Virus record (IMG/VR): IMGVR_UViG_3300025174_000006
DNA: 64,000 nt
Reading direction: 5' to 3' (one strand)
Source of the DNA: an uncultured virus (IMG/VR IMGVR_UViG_3300025174_000006)
Lineage: Duplodnaviria; Heunggongvirae; Uroviricota; Caudoviricetes
How positions within the stretch are numbered: the stretch's first letter is position 1; every line of letters starts with the position of its first letter. Positions 8,743 to 18,153 of the stretch are shown here, in pieces. The position numbers and the translations under genes are program-made. Below the pieces are notes generated by a model. The model was not told where the DNA came from. It made no database searches and saw only the letters and a list, made by a program, of their open reading frames with translations.

Positions 8743-8810
8743 GTCTATAAATATAAACAAAAAAATTAAAATCGCAATAAATAAATATTTTAAAGATAAA
8801 TAAAATTTTG

Positions 8811-8864
8811 TAATATTTATTAAAGCCGATAGAAATGGCAAAGACATTCAAAATACAGCTTAGG
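8811..8864 (+). repeat. Diverged direct repeat copy B, upstream of RHH-tnpB
   Basis: See 6951-7005; contains TATTTAT and ATG GCA AAG ACA TTC AAA ATA. Confidence 0.75.
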
Positions 8865-8886
8865 CCGTTATTGTTGCAAAACAATA

Positions 8887-8921
8887 AAAATCCCATCCAG
8901 TTCGCTGCCGGATGGGATTTT
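8887..8921 (-). terminator. Intrinsic terminator hairpin
   Basis: AAAATCCCATCC...GGATGGGATTTT inverted repeat. Confidence 0.7.
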
Positions 8922-8944
8922 GCTTTATGGATATGTTTTAAATC

Positions 8945-9373
8945 TTAAGATCTAAGAATATATTTTGCTATTTTTGAAGTCCGGCCACTTTTGTTTACAA
9001 AAGAATGAACGGATGTCTCAATATTCATTCCTCCTTTTTTTAAATCAAAAACAAGAGCTCCAAGTCTCAAAACTCCATATAATTCAATGGCTTCTAACAC
9101 ATTGATAGAACCTTTCTTCATAAGATGTTTAAGAACCATATCATATTGAGAACTTGGTTTTACATATTTTTTAATAATTGTTTTTTTTGCTACCGGTGTT
9201 TTTAATGCTGGTCTTACTTTTGATAACATTTTTTTTGCTACAGGCGCTTTTTTTGTTGTTGTAACTGATTTAGTTAAGCGATTTGCACTTTTCTTTAGTG
9301 GAGATTTTGTTGCTGCTTTTTTTAAGCGAGCTGGCTTTGCAGTTTTCGCACTGCTTTTAGTTGTTTTTTTCAT
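8945..9373 (-). CDS. Lys/Ala-rich histone-H1-like N-terminus fused to a winged HTH domain
   Basis: Basic low-complexity first ~70 aa; SQ...VL.HL...GSI...EA...YG..RL.A....L pattern. Confidence 0.7.
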   Translation of the reverse strand: MKKTTKSSAKTAKPARLKKAATKSPLKKSANRLTKSVTTTKKAPVAKKMLSKVRPALKTPVAKKTIIKKYVKPSSQYDMVLKHLMKKGSINVLEAIELYGVLRLGALVFDLKKGGMNIETSVHSFVNKSGRTSKIAKYILRS

Positions 9374-9500
9374 TGTTTTTTAGATTTGATTATTGATTGA
9401 TATTTTATTATTGGCAGCTAAGATAATAATTTATTTGTTATTTCCAGCAATTATGGTTAAATTCTTAAAAATTTAGCATATTTATATTAAAACTGACTAA

Positions 9501-9713
9501 ATGAAAAACTTTTTGATTAATTTATGGAAAGAATTATTTGGAAAAACACCAAATACAACAATAATTATACCTGCAGAAACTATTTCCGAAAAAACTATTG
9601 AAGTACATAAGGTTGATTGTGCTTGTAAAGAAAAAAAAGAAGTTAAAAAGGTGAAGCCAGTTAAAAAGACACAACCTGCAAAAATAGCTCCAAAAACAAA
9701 GAAGAAAAAGTGA
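9501..9713 (+). CDS. Small basic protein, late-type motif upstream
   Basis: 70-aa ORF after ATATTTAT. Confidence 0.55.
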   Translation: MKNFLINLWKELFGKTPNTTIIIPAETISEKTIEVHKVDCACKEKKEVKKVKPVKKTQPAKIAPKTKKKK

Positions 9714-9715
9714 TG

Positions 9716-9984
9716 TTAATCCATGTCCATGAACATATGTTCAGTGACAACACTGTCTGATAGTTCTTTATTTGCTCTTTTTGGAAATTTAATAATTCTT
9801 TTTCTCTGTTTATTATAATTTCAGCAATTTCTTTTTTTGGAAATGAAAGAGCTTTTGTTGGGTCATTTGTCCATCCTCTCATCGGAGAGTCTACTGTGTG
9901 ATTGTGATTTTCTAAATCTAAACTCATAAAATACCATAATCTGGTTATTGAATTTTCTATAAAATATATGCAATTCGTTTCCAC
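9716..9984 (-). pseudogene. Hypothetical phage gene with a probable frameshift near 9800
   Basis: WTNDP.KA..F in one frame; KELSDSVVTEHMFMDMD-stop in the adjacent frame; the track ORF runs on into the opposite gene. Confidence 0.4.
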
Positions 9985-10215
9985 TTATTTTTTTAAAACT
10001 AAGTTATGGCTTATTTCTACTATTTTTTTACCACTAACTATTATGGCGCCATTTTCTATAGCTTTTAACATAATGGTTTTGTTGGTTAAGTCGTAATGCG
10101 GATGTCCTTTTCTAACTCCTTCAAAAAAATGTCTCTTGAGTCCTATTTTTTCAGCGAAAGAATGTAGCTCTTTTAAACTATCTGCTACCATATGGACTCT
10201 ATCCACATATACCAT
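9985..10215 (-). CDS. DUF4031-family protein
   Basis: VYVD..HMVADS..ELH.FA..IGL...F....HPHYDL. Confidence 0.75.
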   Translation of the reverse strand: MVYVDRVHMVADSLKELHSFAEKIGLKRHFFEGVRKGHPHYDLTNKTIMLKAIENGAIIVSGKKIVEISHNLVLKK

Positions 10216-10866
10216 TTAAACAGTTTTATCTAAATTATATTTTTCATAATAAAACTTTCTGGTTTTATCAATATAAGATTTATCAACTCTTGAAACCTCT
10301 AAAAGATAAAGATAAGCGTCAAGTGCAATTTTAGCACGAGAATTCATCGGAAAAATATCTGCATTTTTTACCAGAAAATACTTAACAATATCTTTTGCAT
10401 GTGTTTTTGCGTCTTCTGGAATCATTTTAAAAATATAACCTTTACCAAGAAGTGGTTTTGACCTTTTCGACCTAAACAAACTATATAGTTCCAAAATTCC
10501 AGGAAACTCAGATACTCCATTGTTGAATAGATTATCATAATGTTTTATAAAAGCTTCTTTTTCATTTTTAAGATTTTCTTCTACAAACTTAGGACTTTTC
10601 CCTTTAAGGTTCTTCCTTATTATTATAATACTTTTAATATCTTCATCAGAATGTATTCTGCCGGGAAATAAGTCTTCGCCAGAAAAATCATTATTAGTTT
10701 TTGGAACGTCAATATTTTTTATTTTCGAAACAGCTTTTTTTACTATTCTTGGTGGAATTCCTAATGATTTTAACTTATTTGCAACTACTATTGGATTTCT
10801 TTTAGAATTATCGGCTTCTAAAAGCACATCTAATTGTTTTGAAATGTATTTTTTTAACTGGCTCAT
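10216..10866 (-). CDS. Hypothetical protein (late-type motif upstream)
   Basis: 216-aa ORF. Confidence 0.6.
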   Translation of the reverse strand: MSQLKKYISKQLDVLLEADNSKRNPIVVANKLKSLGIPPRIVKKAVSKIKNIDVPKTNNDFSGEDLFPGRIHSDEDIKSIIIIRKNLKGKSPKFVEENLKNEKEAFIKHYDNLFNNGVSEFPGILELYSLFRSKRSKPLLGKGYIFKMIPEDAKTHAKDIVKYFLVKNADIFPMNSRAKIALDAYLYLLEVSRVDKSYIDKTRKFYYEKYNLDKTV

Positions 10867-10900
10867 GACATTGTTTTATAATAAATAGGTCAACAAAACA

Positions 10901-11116
10901 TTAATTATCTGATTTTTCAAATAGCACTTTTCTTGTTTGATTCTCTCTATATATTATATCTGTTCTAAAATTATCATTATTTGACCCAAATACCGTTGTG
11001 TTCATACTAATAAAGGCGTGTCCCTCTAAAGAAATAAATGCTAAAGCAGAACTTATCGCTTCTGAATCTATTTGTTCTTGACTACTATGAGATGTTATTT
11101 TTATATGTTTTAGCAT
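10901..11116 (-). CDS. Small protein with C-terminal TRKVLFEK motif
   Basis: 71-aa ORF. Confidence 0.55.
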   Translation of the reverse strand: MLKHIKITSHSSQEQIDSEAISSALAFISLEGHAFISMNTTVFGSNNDNFRTDIIYRENQTRKVLFEKSDN

Positions 11117-11119
11117 TAT

Positions 11120-11362
11120 TTAAGGTCTAAATCTTCCAAAGTCAATTATTTTTTCAGTCAATACTATTCTGGTTATTTTATTTTCTCCTTCAATTGTCGC
11201 TGAATAATGAGGGTAAATGTTAAATTTTATAGAAAATTTTTTAATTTTTTGTCCAGAATTTGCAAAAAAAGCAAAACACTCTTCTATTTCTGGCGTTATG
11301 AAATGTATTTGAAATCCGTCAATCGGATTAATTATTCCATTTATTATCATTTCTTTAGTCAT
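11120..11362 (-). CDS. Small protein with near-C-terminal TRIVLTEK motif
   Basis: 80-aa ORF. Confidence 0.55.
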   Translation of the reverse strand: MTKEMIINGIINPIDGFQIHFITPEIEECFAFFANSGQKIKKFSIKFNIYPHYSATIEGENKITRIVLTEKIIDFGRFRP

Positions 11363-11630
11363 GATTTTAATCTATTATCTTCCAGCAACAGCATATTTTG
11401 TTATTCCTATGAATTCTTTTTTTGCCCAATTATCAATTATTGATAATTCCTTGTCTGTTGGACGTTTATTATGTGGACCACGTATTTGCACTGCTCTACC
11501 ATCTCTAACCTCTATAGTTACCATACTTATACCGAACAGTCTTAAAGAGAAAATTGAACATGACCATTTTAAACAAGAGCTTAAATAAGAATACACACAA
11601 TGAGCCATACTTTTTCCCTCATCAGACACC

Positions 11631-13367
11631 TTAAACAATAGAAGATAGATATAAACATGATTCTTTTTGTTTTGTTTGTTTTGCATTCAAAACAAAAACA
11701 TGTTTATCTATTTTGCTATGTCGAAGTTTCGCTGAACGAAGGTGAAAAAAAGTTGCCTCCTTTTCCTGTTCATCCAGCCACAAGTCTCGTAAAGACTTTC
11801 GGTATCTGAGTCCCGATAATTGGATTTTGTCGTGAAGTTCTTTCCAATTACAACACTCCTCCAATGCCTCAACATCTCGCAGAGAACCTGAGTTCATCCG
11901 TCTCATAGCGTGAAGACCAGTTTGTGATATACTTGGATAGAATGTGCCTTTTGTGAATTTAAAAGCACCACGCCTACCAATTTCAATTGCCGCATTTACA
12001 CAATCAACAAAGGAATTGTTTATGTTTCCTATAGTGGTTGAATAAGCACAGTTTATTTCTAATTTTTTTATTCCAATTTTTGTGCAATAAGAATTAATTA
12101 TCTCTTCGGAAAGAGTTCTGTGCCACACATTGTAAATCTGCCTGTTTGCTTCTTTTGGTTTATCATTTGAATCTTTTTTGTTGAAATTAAGTTCCTCACA
12201 AATGAAATATGCACACTTAAAGTATCTCGCTGTCTTAAACACGTCTTTCCAAATGTGGCTTATTCCGTGTGTTCTTTTATTTGTTATGCAAGCTCGTTCT
12301 TCTTTTGTTGCTTCTTTTGGTGGGTTTGCATTAAGCTCTTTTAAGTCGTAATATGAGCCATGAACAAACGAAAAATCACCGGTATCGTTATTTTTATCTA
12401 TTATTGCAACTCCAATATAATTGGGGTTTGAATCGTAAGCGATATATCTGTTTTTATTTTTTCCAAACAACATTTTTTTATCCAACTCATTATAATGTTT
12501 TTTGTATATATTACTTATTAATTCTTTTGTTTGTTCTTTTGAAAGATTTTTCTTTTTTATATCTAAACATTCTTGCCTTCTTTTGGATTTATCGATATTA
12601 AATCCTTCCAAAATAGAGTCGTCATAAGCAATGGATATTGTTTTTGTTGACAAATAAACTGATAAAGATATTTCTTTTTTATCAGACATAGCCTGCAGTT
12701 CAGAAAGAAGATTTTTTCTTTTGTCAGAAAATTCTATTTTTATTTTTTTGCCTTTTCCTGGTTTATAGATTATAATTCCATTGCATAAATCAAATGTAAA
12801 AAACCTATTTCCTTTTTGGTTTGATTCACCAAGAATGTATAAACTATTATTTCTTTGTTCTTGATATTCTTCTTTTGTTTTTGCTAATTTTCCTGCAAAA
12901 TCTTGTTTTTTATCTTCTTCTTTTTCTGCTGAAACCATATTTGACAAATAAGAAATATACCTTAAATTTTCTTTGCCTCCGAAAGTGATGTCTTTTGGCA
13001 TTAAAAAATTTAATTCCGAAAGTTTATTTTTGAGTTTGTATAGTTTCTTTTTATTAAATTTATCTTGTTTTTTACCTTTTGCTTCTAATTTCTCAATTGA
13101 TTTATTTATGTCAATAATTCGATTATTAACTTCTTCTTTGTTTGATAAAGTTTTTTTAAACAGGCTAATAACTTCTGAAGCAACGCTTCTGGATTCTATA
13201 AGATTTAATCCAAGATTATTTTTTGCAAAAGCAACAAGCTCTTCTTCTTTTGTATTTCCATTTGTCATTCGATATAGCACACGTTTCGCATGAGAATATT
13301 GCATTTGTTTTTCAGAAACAAATTCTTCATCAGAAAGCGATTTTATATCTAATAGAATAGATTTCAT
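11631..13367 (-). CDS. tnpB: TnpB RNA-guided nuclease of the IS607 element
   Basis: ITFGG, KGNRFF; RuvC AYDSNP, FICEEL, FVDCVNAA; homologous to 7027-8583. Confidence 0.85.
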   Translation of the reverse strand: MKSILLDIKSLSDEEFVSEKQMQYSHAKRVLYRMTNGNTKEEELVAFAKNNLGLNLIESRSVASEVISLFKKTLSNKEEVNNRIIDINKSIEKLEAKGKKQDKFNKKKLYKLKNKLSELNFLMPKDITFGGKENLRYISYLSNMVSAEKEEDKKQDFAGKLAKTKEEYQEQRNNSLYILGESNQKGNRFFTFDLCNGIIIYKPGKGKKIKIEFSDKRKNLLSELQAMSDKKEISLSVYLSTKTISIAYDDSILEGFNIDKSKRRQECLDIKKKNLSKEQTKELISNIYKKHYNELDKKMLFGKNKNRYIAYDSNPNYIGVAIIDKNNDTGDFSFVHGSYYDLKELNANPPKEATKEERACITNKRTHGISHIWKDVFKTARYFKCAYFICEELNFNKKDSNDKPKEANRQIYNVWHRTLSEEIINSYCTKIGIKKLEINCAYSTTIGNINNSFVDCVNAAIEIGRRGAFKFTKGTFYPSISQTGLHAMRRMNSGSLRDVEALEECCNWKELHDKIQLSGLRYRKSLRDLWLDEQEKEATFFHLRSAKLRHSKIDKHVFVLNAKQTKQKESCLYLSSIV

Positions 13368-13967
13368 TTATTTTTCTTGCAGTTCTTTTTTAAATTGATT
13401 TAATTTTCTTCTGTGTGAATAAGATTTCATAGAAAAATAATGAATAATAGATACGAGGTCTTCCGTAAGTTCTTGTTCATAATTTTTTTCAACAGTTTGT
13501 GTTGCGACCACAATTTTTGTTCCAAAAAATCGACAGAAAGTCTCAAACAAATCAAAGCCAAACCTACAAAGCCTATCTTTGTGTTCTACTACAATATTGT
13601 CTATATTTCCTTTTATTACCTCTTCCAATAATTCGTTAAAAAATTTTCTATCAGAAAAATTCATTCCGGATTTAATATCCTGATATTGTTTATTAATAAC
13701 AATTCCTTTACTTACGCAAAAATCCATTAATCTTTTTTCTTGAGAAATTAAATCATTTTTTTGTTTAGATAAGGAAACTCTTGAGTAAGTTACGTTTATT
13801 TTTTCTTTTTTTGTGTTTGACAAACCTATTAGTTTATATACATCTTCGTTGTCATACACATAATGATAAGGGTTAATAGCAACATATTTAATTATTCCTT
13901 TTTTAGAATAAGAATTTAATGTTTTTTGTGTAATTCCTAAGGTTTTTCTTACTTCTTTTGCTTTCAT
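13368..13967 (-). CDS. tnpA: IS607 transposase (MerR-like HTH plus serine recombinase)
   Basis: N-terminal HTH, YSRVS catalytic Ser, DIKSG, HKDRLCRFGF, EL.EDL.SII..FS. Confidence 0.92.
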   Translation of the reverse strand: MKAKEVRKTLGITQKTLNSYSKKGIIKYVAINPYHYVYDNEDVYKLIGLSNTKKEKINVTYSRVSLSKQKNDLISQEKRLMDFCVSKGIVINKQYQDIKSGMNFSDRKFFNELLEEVIKGNIDNIVVEHKDRLCRFGFDLFETFCRFFGTKIVVATQTVEKNYEQELTEDLVSIIHYFSMKSYSHRRKLNQFKKELQEK

Positions 13968-15226
13968 GTTTTTGTATTAATAAGTATAATTAAAAATACT
14001 TTTCTTTTCACAATAGTAAATAGTAATAAAAAAAATTAATCTGTTTTTATTTGTTTTTATTTAAATCGAGTTCATATAAATCTGCAGCGTTGGATATTTC
14101 TGTAATTGTCCAAGTTTTTCTTTTATCATTTTTACCTTCTGAAAAAGTAAAAGGTCTAACAATAGAGCGATTCCATTTAGAAGTTAAATCCGGCTTATGA
14201 TAAGAATAAACATTGTTATTTTCTGCTCTGGCTATTCTTCCTAATTGATTTATTTCTTTGTGCCAAGCGTGTGTATCTCTTATTAGAGCTACAATATTTC
14301 TGCCCTTCATATTGAAATTAGGACTTTCTGGTCTATATACAGCAACCCCATTATTAACCATTCGTTTTGAAACAAATTTCTTTTCATTTATATAATCCAA
14401 AACAGTACCAACCTCATCATAGTTTAACATTGGTATATTAACAAAAAATTTTATTACAGCTGTCCAAAAATCATTATTTGTAAAATCATGTCTAAGTCTG
14501 GACATTAATATTGCGTCAGCCAATCTTGAATCTCCTCCCAAGCCTAAAACTTGAGAGCGCCTAACTGCATCATCTATTGAATATCCAGGGAATGGAGTTT
14601 CAATAAATTCATGAGCCATTTTTTTGGTAATTGGAATAGGAAATTTAAAAAGCTCTCTTGCACTTTTACCGGATGCTAAATGCAAAAACCATTCTTTATG
14701 TTTATCAGTGTTAAATGAACTTTTTTCTGTCCAAGATTGGAACATAAATTCTGGAACTTCATATTCACAAAACAAATGTTCTAAAAGTGATTTTAATTAC
14801 TTGTAAGTATTTTTGCTTTTGAATTCTAAAGTGGAAATATCTCGAATCCAAAAAATATTCATTTTTAAGACTTCATTAATTACCACATAGTACTCTTTAA
14901 GCATTCTAAATGCTTTTATTTTTACAAAAAACTCTAAAACCTCTTTAACTTTTTTTCTTTCATTTTCATCTTTCATATAGATGAATTGTCCATGAATATT
15001 CGTTAATAAAGGTTCAATGATTTTAATTAATTCTTTATTGCATCTTCCGGTATTATCAGAAGAGCATTTTTCGGTAGATAATATTTTTAAAGCTTTAGGA
15101 AGAGATTTATGCAAATCTATATCAACTGGAAGTTTAGGAATAGACTTAACATATTTTTTATGAGCTTCTATTTCTATGATTTCATTATGTATGTATTTTG
15201 CATTGGCCATTCCAGTTGTGTGACTA

Positions 15227-15676
15227 TTATTTCTTTATTTTAAATTTAACCTGTCCAATTCCATCTTTAAATCCAACACCGGTAATAAACATATGTTGGT
15301 TTGTTAAAACTTTTAGTTCAGTTTTTTGTTCTATAAATTTGGCAAGAACGAACCATTTTTTTCCGTCAGAAATACACCTAACTCCTTTATTTATATATGG
15401 AAGGACTTCTCCTTTATTTTCTGTTGTTACACTTCCATTAGTTACTTCTAAGACATGAACAAAAGAAACTATTTCGTCTTTTTCCAGTGCTTCTTTTATG
15501 GAGTTAATTATTATTCCAGCTCTTTTTAAGGATACTTTTTCATTTTCTTTATAATTGGCAGTAATGATTTTTATGGTTCCTAGGACTTTACCATTCTCGA
15601 AAACATCTGCACATTGCATAAATTTGTTCATCTGTTTATTTCCAGAAATAACCATTAATTTTGCAATTGATTCCAT
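15227..15676 (-). CDS. Hypothetical protein
   Basis: ORF; likely start MESIAK at 15676. Confidence 0.55.
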   Translation of the reverse strand: MESIAKLMVISGNKQMNKFMQCADVFENGKVLGTIKIITANYKENEKVSLKRAGIIINSIKEALEKDEIVSFVHVLEVTNGSVTTENKGEVLPYINKGVRCISDGKKWFVLAKFIEQKTELKVLTNQHMFITGVGFKDGIGQVKFKIKK

Positions 15677-15742
15677 GATAATACGTTTTAAAAAAGAAAA
15701 TCCGGAACACAACACTCCGGATTCCTTTTTGTGTGAATGATT

Positions 15743-16492
15743 TTATTTATTTGTAAAAACCAATCTATTTTTGCGTTGGAAATTGTAATTGTAAATTTCT
15801 TCAAACATCTGCAAATACATTTCGCCGTCAGCACAATGAACAAACTTTCTTGGGTTTTTGTCTATTTGACTAATCATCCGGTTGTGATTGTAATCCTTTG
15901 TTTTAACAAGTCTTTTACAAGCAGTAACAGCTGAACGGTAATCCATTTTCGGAAGATAAGTCCTAAAACTCTTCCAAATATTTAACACCTTTTGAGCTTC
16001 ATTTATTTGGTTTTGAGTAATTTCAACTATTTCTCCTGCCAAAATTCCCTTACGAATATCCGAACTTCCCTCTCCTCTCAAAAACGAAACAGCTTGGCTC
16101 GGTTTTAATCCGTTTGACATAGAAAAACTTTCAATTGCCTGGAAAACTTTGTTTCCACTTTTTGCTCGTGCAACAATATGATCATCGGTACTCCAAGGCT
16201 TTTGTAAAGAATTTGTTTTTGCAACAGCATCTAAATTAAGAGTTTGTTCTGCGATGTGAAAATAAATAACAAGACCCAATTCTTTTCTGGCAGTAAGGCG
16301 GTGTTGACCATCTCTAACTACGCCATTTTTTGATATGATAATTGGATACGATTTACCATAATCGGCAATTTCAATTTCTTTTTTTAATTTTTCAACTCTA
16401 TTCCTGTCAACAGGACGATTTTGACTAAATTTGAAAGAATTATAATTTTTACTATTATAAATCTTTCCCGGTTTGTAATTACTTAGACTCAT
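15743..16492 (-). CDS. ParB/Srx-like N-terminal domain protein
   Basis: NRPVD, PIII, DGQHRL.A motifs. Confidence 0.75.
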   Translation of the reverse strand: MSLSNYKPGKIYNSKNYNSFKFSQNRPVDRNRVEKLKKEIEIADYGKSYPIIISKNGVVRDGQHRLTARKELGLVIYFHIAEQTLNLDAVAKTNSLQKPWSTDDHIVARAKSGNKVFQAIESFSMSNGLKPSQAVSFLRGEGSSDIRKGILAGEIVEITQNQINEAQKVLNIWKSFRTYLPKMDYRSAVTACKRLVKTKDYNHNRMISQIDKNPRKFVHCADGEMYLQMFEEIYNYNFQRKNRLVFTNK

Positions 16493-16578
16493 GATTTTGT
16501 TTTTTTTGGTTTATACTAATTTATATTTGAACTTAAAATTTATTAAACGAAAATTGATTTGATATGTTGCAAATTGAA

Positions 16579-17034
16579 TTATTTCGTTTTTTCCTCGCAA
16601 ATATACGAAATTAAACTCTCAATTGTTTGAAATAATGGTATTTTATGCATTTCACATCTTTTACCTATATAACGATTGTTTACTGATTCAGGAGGGAAAC
16701 CTACAGCTATTTTGCCAGAATGCATAAATTCTCCAAATTCAATATTTGTGGTAAATGCCGGCATTGTCTCAAGATTCCTTGGAATCCAATATATGATTAA
16801 GCTGGCTTTATTTAAACCTTTTACTTCCCATGCAATTTGTTTTTCGAAATCATATAAAGAACCTAATATTCTATTTTCGGGAGCAAATACAGAGCCTTTA
16901 AATCCTTTTAATTTTAAAGCTTTTATAAACTCAGGCCTCCAGGATTTAACTGATACATCTCTTGGAGTTGGTCCGGCTAAAAACACACTAAACTCAGGAT
17001 TGTTAAACTCTTCTCCGGCGTATATGACTTTCAT
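16579..17034 (-). CDS. Nucleoside 2-deoxyribosyltransferase-like protein
   Basis: SVFLAGPTPR, SWR, Q..WE...L, WIPR, TTNIEFG. Confidence 0.75.
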   Translation of the reverse strand: MKVIYAGEEFNNPEFSVFLAGPTPRDVSVKSWRPEFIKALKLKGFKGSVFAPENRILGSLYDFEKQIAWEVKGLNKASLIIYWIPRNLETMPAFTTNIEFGEFMHSGKIAVGFPPESVNNRYIGKRCEMHKIPLFQTIESLISYICEEKTK

Positions 17035-17172
17035 TGTGTTATTTTGTTTTTCTTAATTTTAACCTTTTTTGTTTTTTGATTGGTGAATGTATATTTAGTC
17101 ATGTTACCAATATAATTATTCAAACGCCAATTTATTCTATTAATTCGTTGCTCTTGTGTCAGTTCTACTTTA

Positions 17173-17445
17173 TCATTTTTTTTCATTTCTGTTATATTTA
17201 ATTAAGGCAGCGATTATTGGAATAGCCAGACATGCTGAGCCTACTATTGTCCAAAAAATAACCATATTTTGGTTTTTGCCATCTCCGAGATAAAGAGCTA
17301 AGAAAAAAGCTACAAAAACGTCAATAATTATCATCCAAAATATATCACCAATTGTTAAAACCACAATTGGATGTACAAAATGAAAGACGGTAAATATTGC
17401 AAGAGATACTGCAATAACAATTCCTACTATAAATGCATTTTTCAT
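17173..17445 (-). CDS. Small membrane protein (3 TM)
   Basis: Three hydrophobic segments. Confidence 0.6.
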   Translation of the reverse strand: MKNAFIVGIVIAVSLAIFTVFHFVHPIVVLTIGDIFWMIIIDVFVAFFLALYLGDGKNQNMVIFWTIVGSACLAIPIIAALIKYNRNEKK

Positions 17446-17512
17446 ATTTGTTTTTTAAAATTATGTTGGAAACAAAATTAATAAAAAAAACATTAAAAAC
17501 AAATTTTGTGGA

Positions 17513-17884
17513 TTAAAATTCTTTATTTGTTTTAGAAACAAAATCCTGAGCTAACCTAAAAAACACTTGCATATTTTTATCTTTAAGGTCGGTGGATGGG
17601 AGGGCAATTATTATTTCGGTTATACATTTTATCCACTCATTTAATATTTTCACCTCATTCAAAGAAATTTCTATTTTCTTTTCGCTCAAAGAAAGTTTTT
17701 CCATTAAGGATAAAAATTTAGGACTTTCTTGAATTATTTTTCCTTTTTCTATTGAGATTGATTCCATGTATTTAGAGTGGAAAGTAAAACTAACAGCCAT
17801 TAAATGGGCAAATTTATCATTCTTTAATAATTTGAATGAATTATTTATTCCTTTTCTAAATGATATTATATCTTTCTTTGCCAT
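17513..17884 (-). CDS. Hypothetical protein
   Basis: Likely start MAKKD at 17884. Confidence 0.5.
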   Translation of the reverse strand: MAKKDIISFRKGINNSFKLLKNDKFAHLMAVSFTFHSKYMESISIEKGKIIQESPKFLSLMEKLSLSEKKIEISLNEVKILNEWIKCITEIIIALPSTDLKDKNMQVFFRLAQDFVSKTNKEF

Positions 17885-18153
17885 TATATTTGTAAATATA
17901 AATTTTAAAAGATAAAAAATAAATGGTAGTGATTTTAAAAACAAAAAATGGTCAAATATTGACCAAATTAATTTATAAACGCAATTTGACAAAAAACTTT
18001 ATATTTATAGAAATAAAACATTAGTCAATGGATAAGAAGCCCGAAAATACCGAAATGGAAATAAAGCCAGAAAATGAAATTTCAGAAAACTTAGCTATAG
18101 TTAGTTGCGAATATGATAATTGGCATTCAGAATAATTATTTAATAATAAAAAA

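Larger units (their letters stand above)
11622..14071 (-). mobile_element. IS607-family element (serine recombinase TnpA plus TnpB), about 2450 bp
   Basis: TGA core at both junctions (14072-14074, 11622-11624); short direct repeat AAATAAAAAC x2 at the left end; precise removal restores the host ORF. Confidence 0.85.
11375..15210 (-). pseudogene. PcfJ-domain gene disrupted by an in-frame TAA (14797-14799) and an IS607 insertion
   Basis: 15210-14800 and 14796-14072 are the same frame; removing 11622-14071 joins EISNAADLY-D-EGKSMAHCVYSY...TIEV...VQIRG..N. Confidence 0.8.

Noticed and set aside
6951..8864. Diversity-generating retroelement TR/VR pair
   Set aside because: Mismatches are not confined to adenines of one copy, and no reverse transcriptase is present in the window.
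7027..13367. Cas12 effectors or nuclease-dead TldR repressors
   Set aside because: No CRISPR array or cas1/2; both proteins retain D/E/D at the RuvC positions.
11622..14071. IStron (group I intron plus IS607)
   Set aside because: Only about 100 AT-rich nt lie between the left end and tnpA, too short for a group I core, and no P-element motifs were seen.
14797..14799. Stop-codon reassignment
   Set aside because: A single in-frame TAA in an already IS-disrupted gene; long genes are intact in code 11, and TAA, TAG and TGA all end genes normally.
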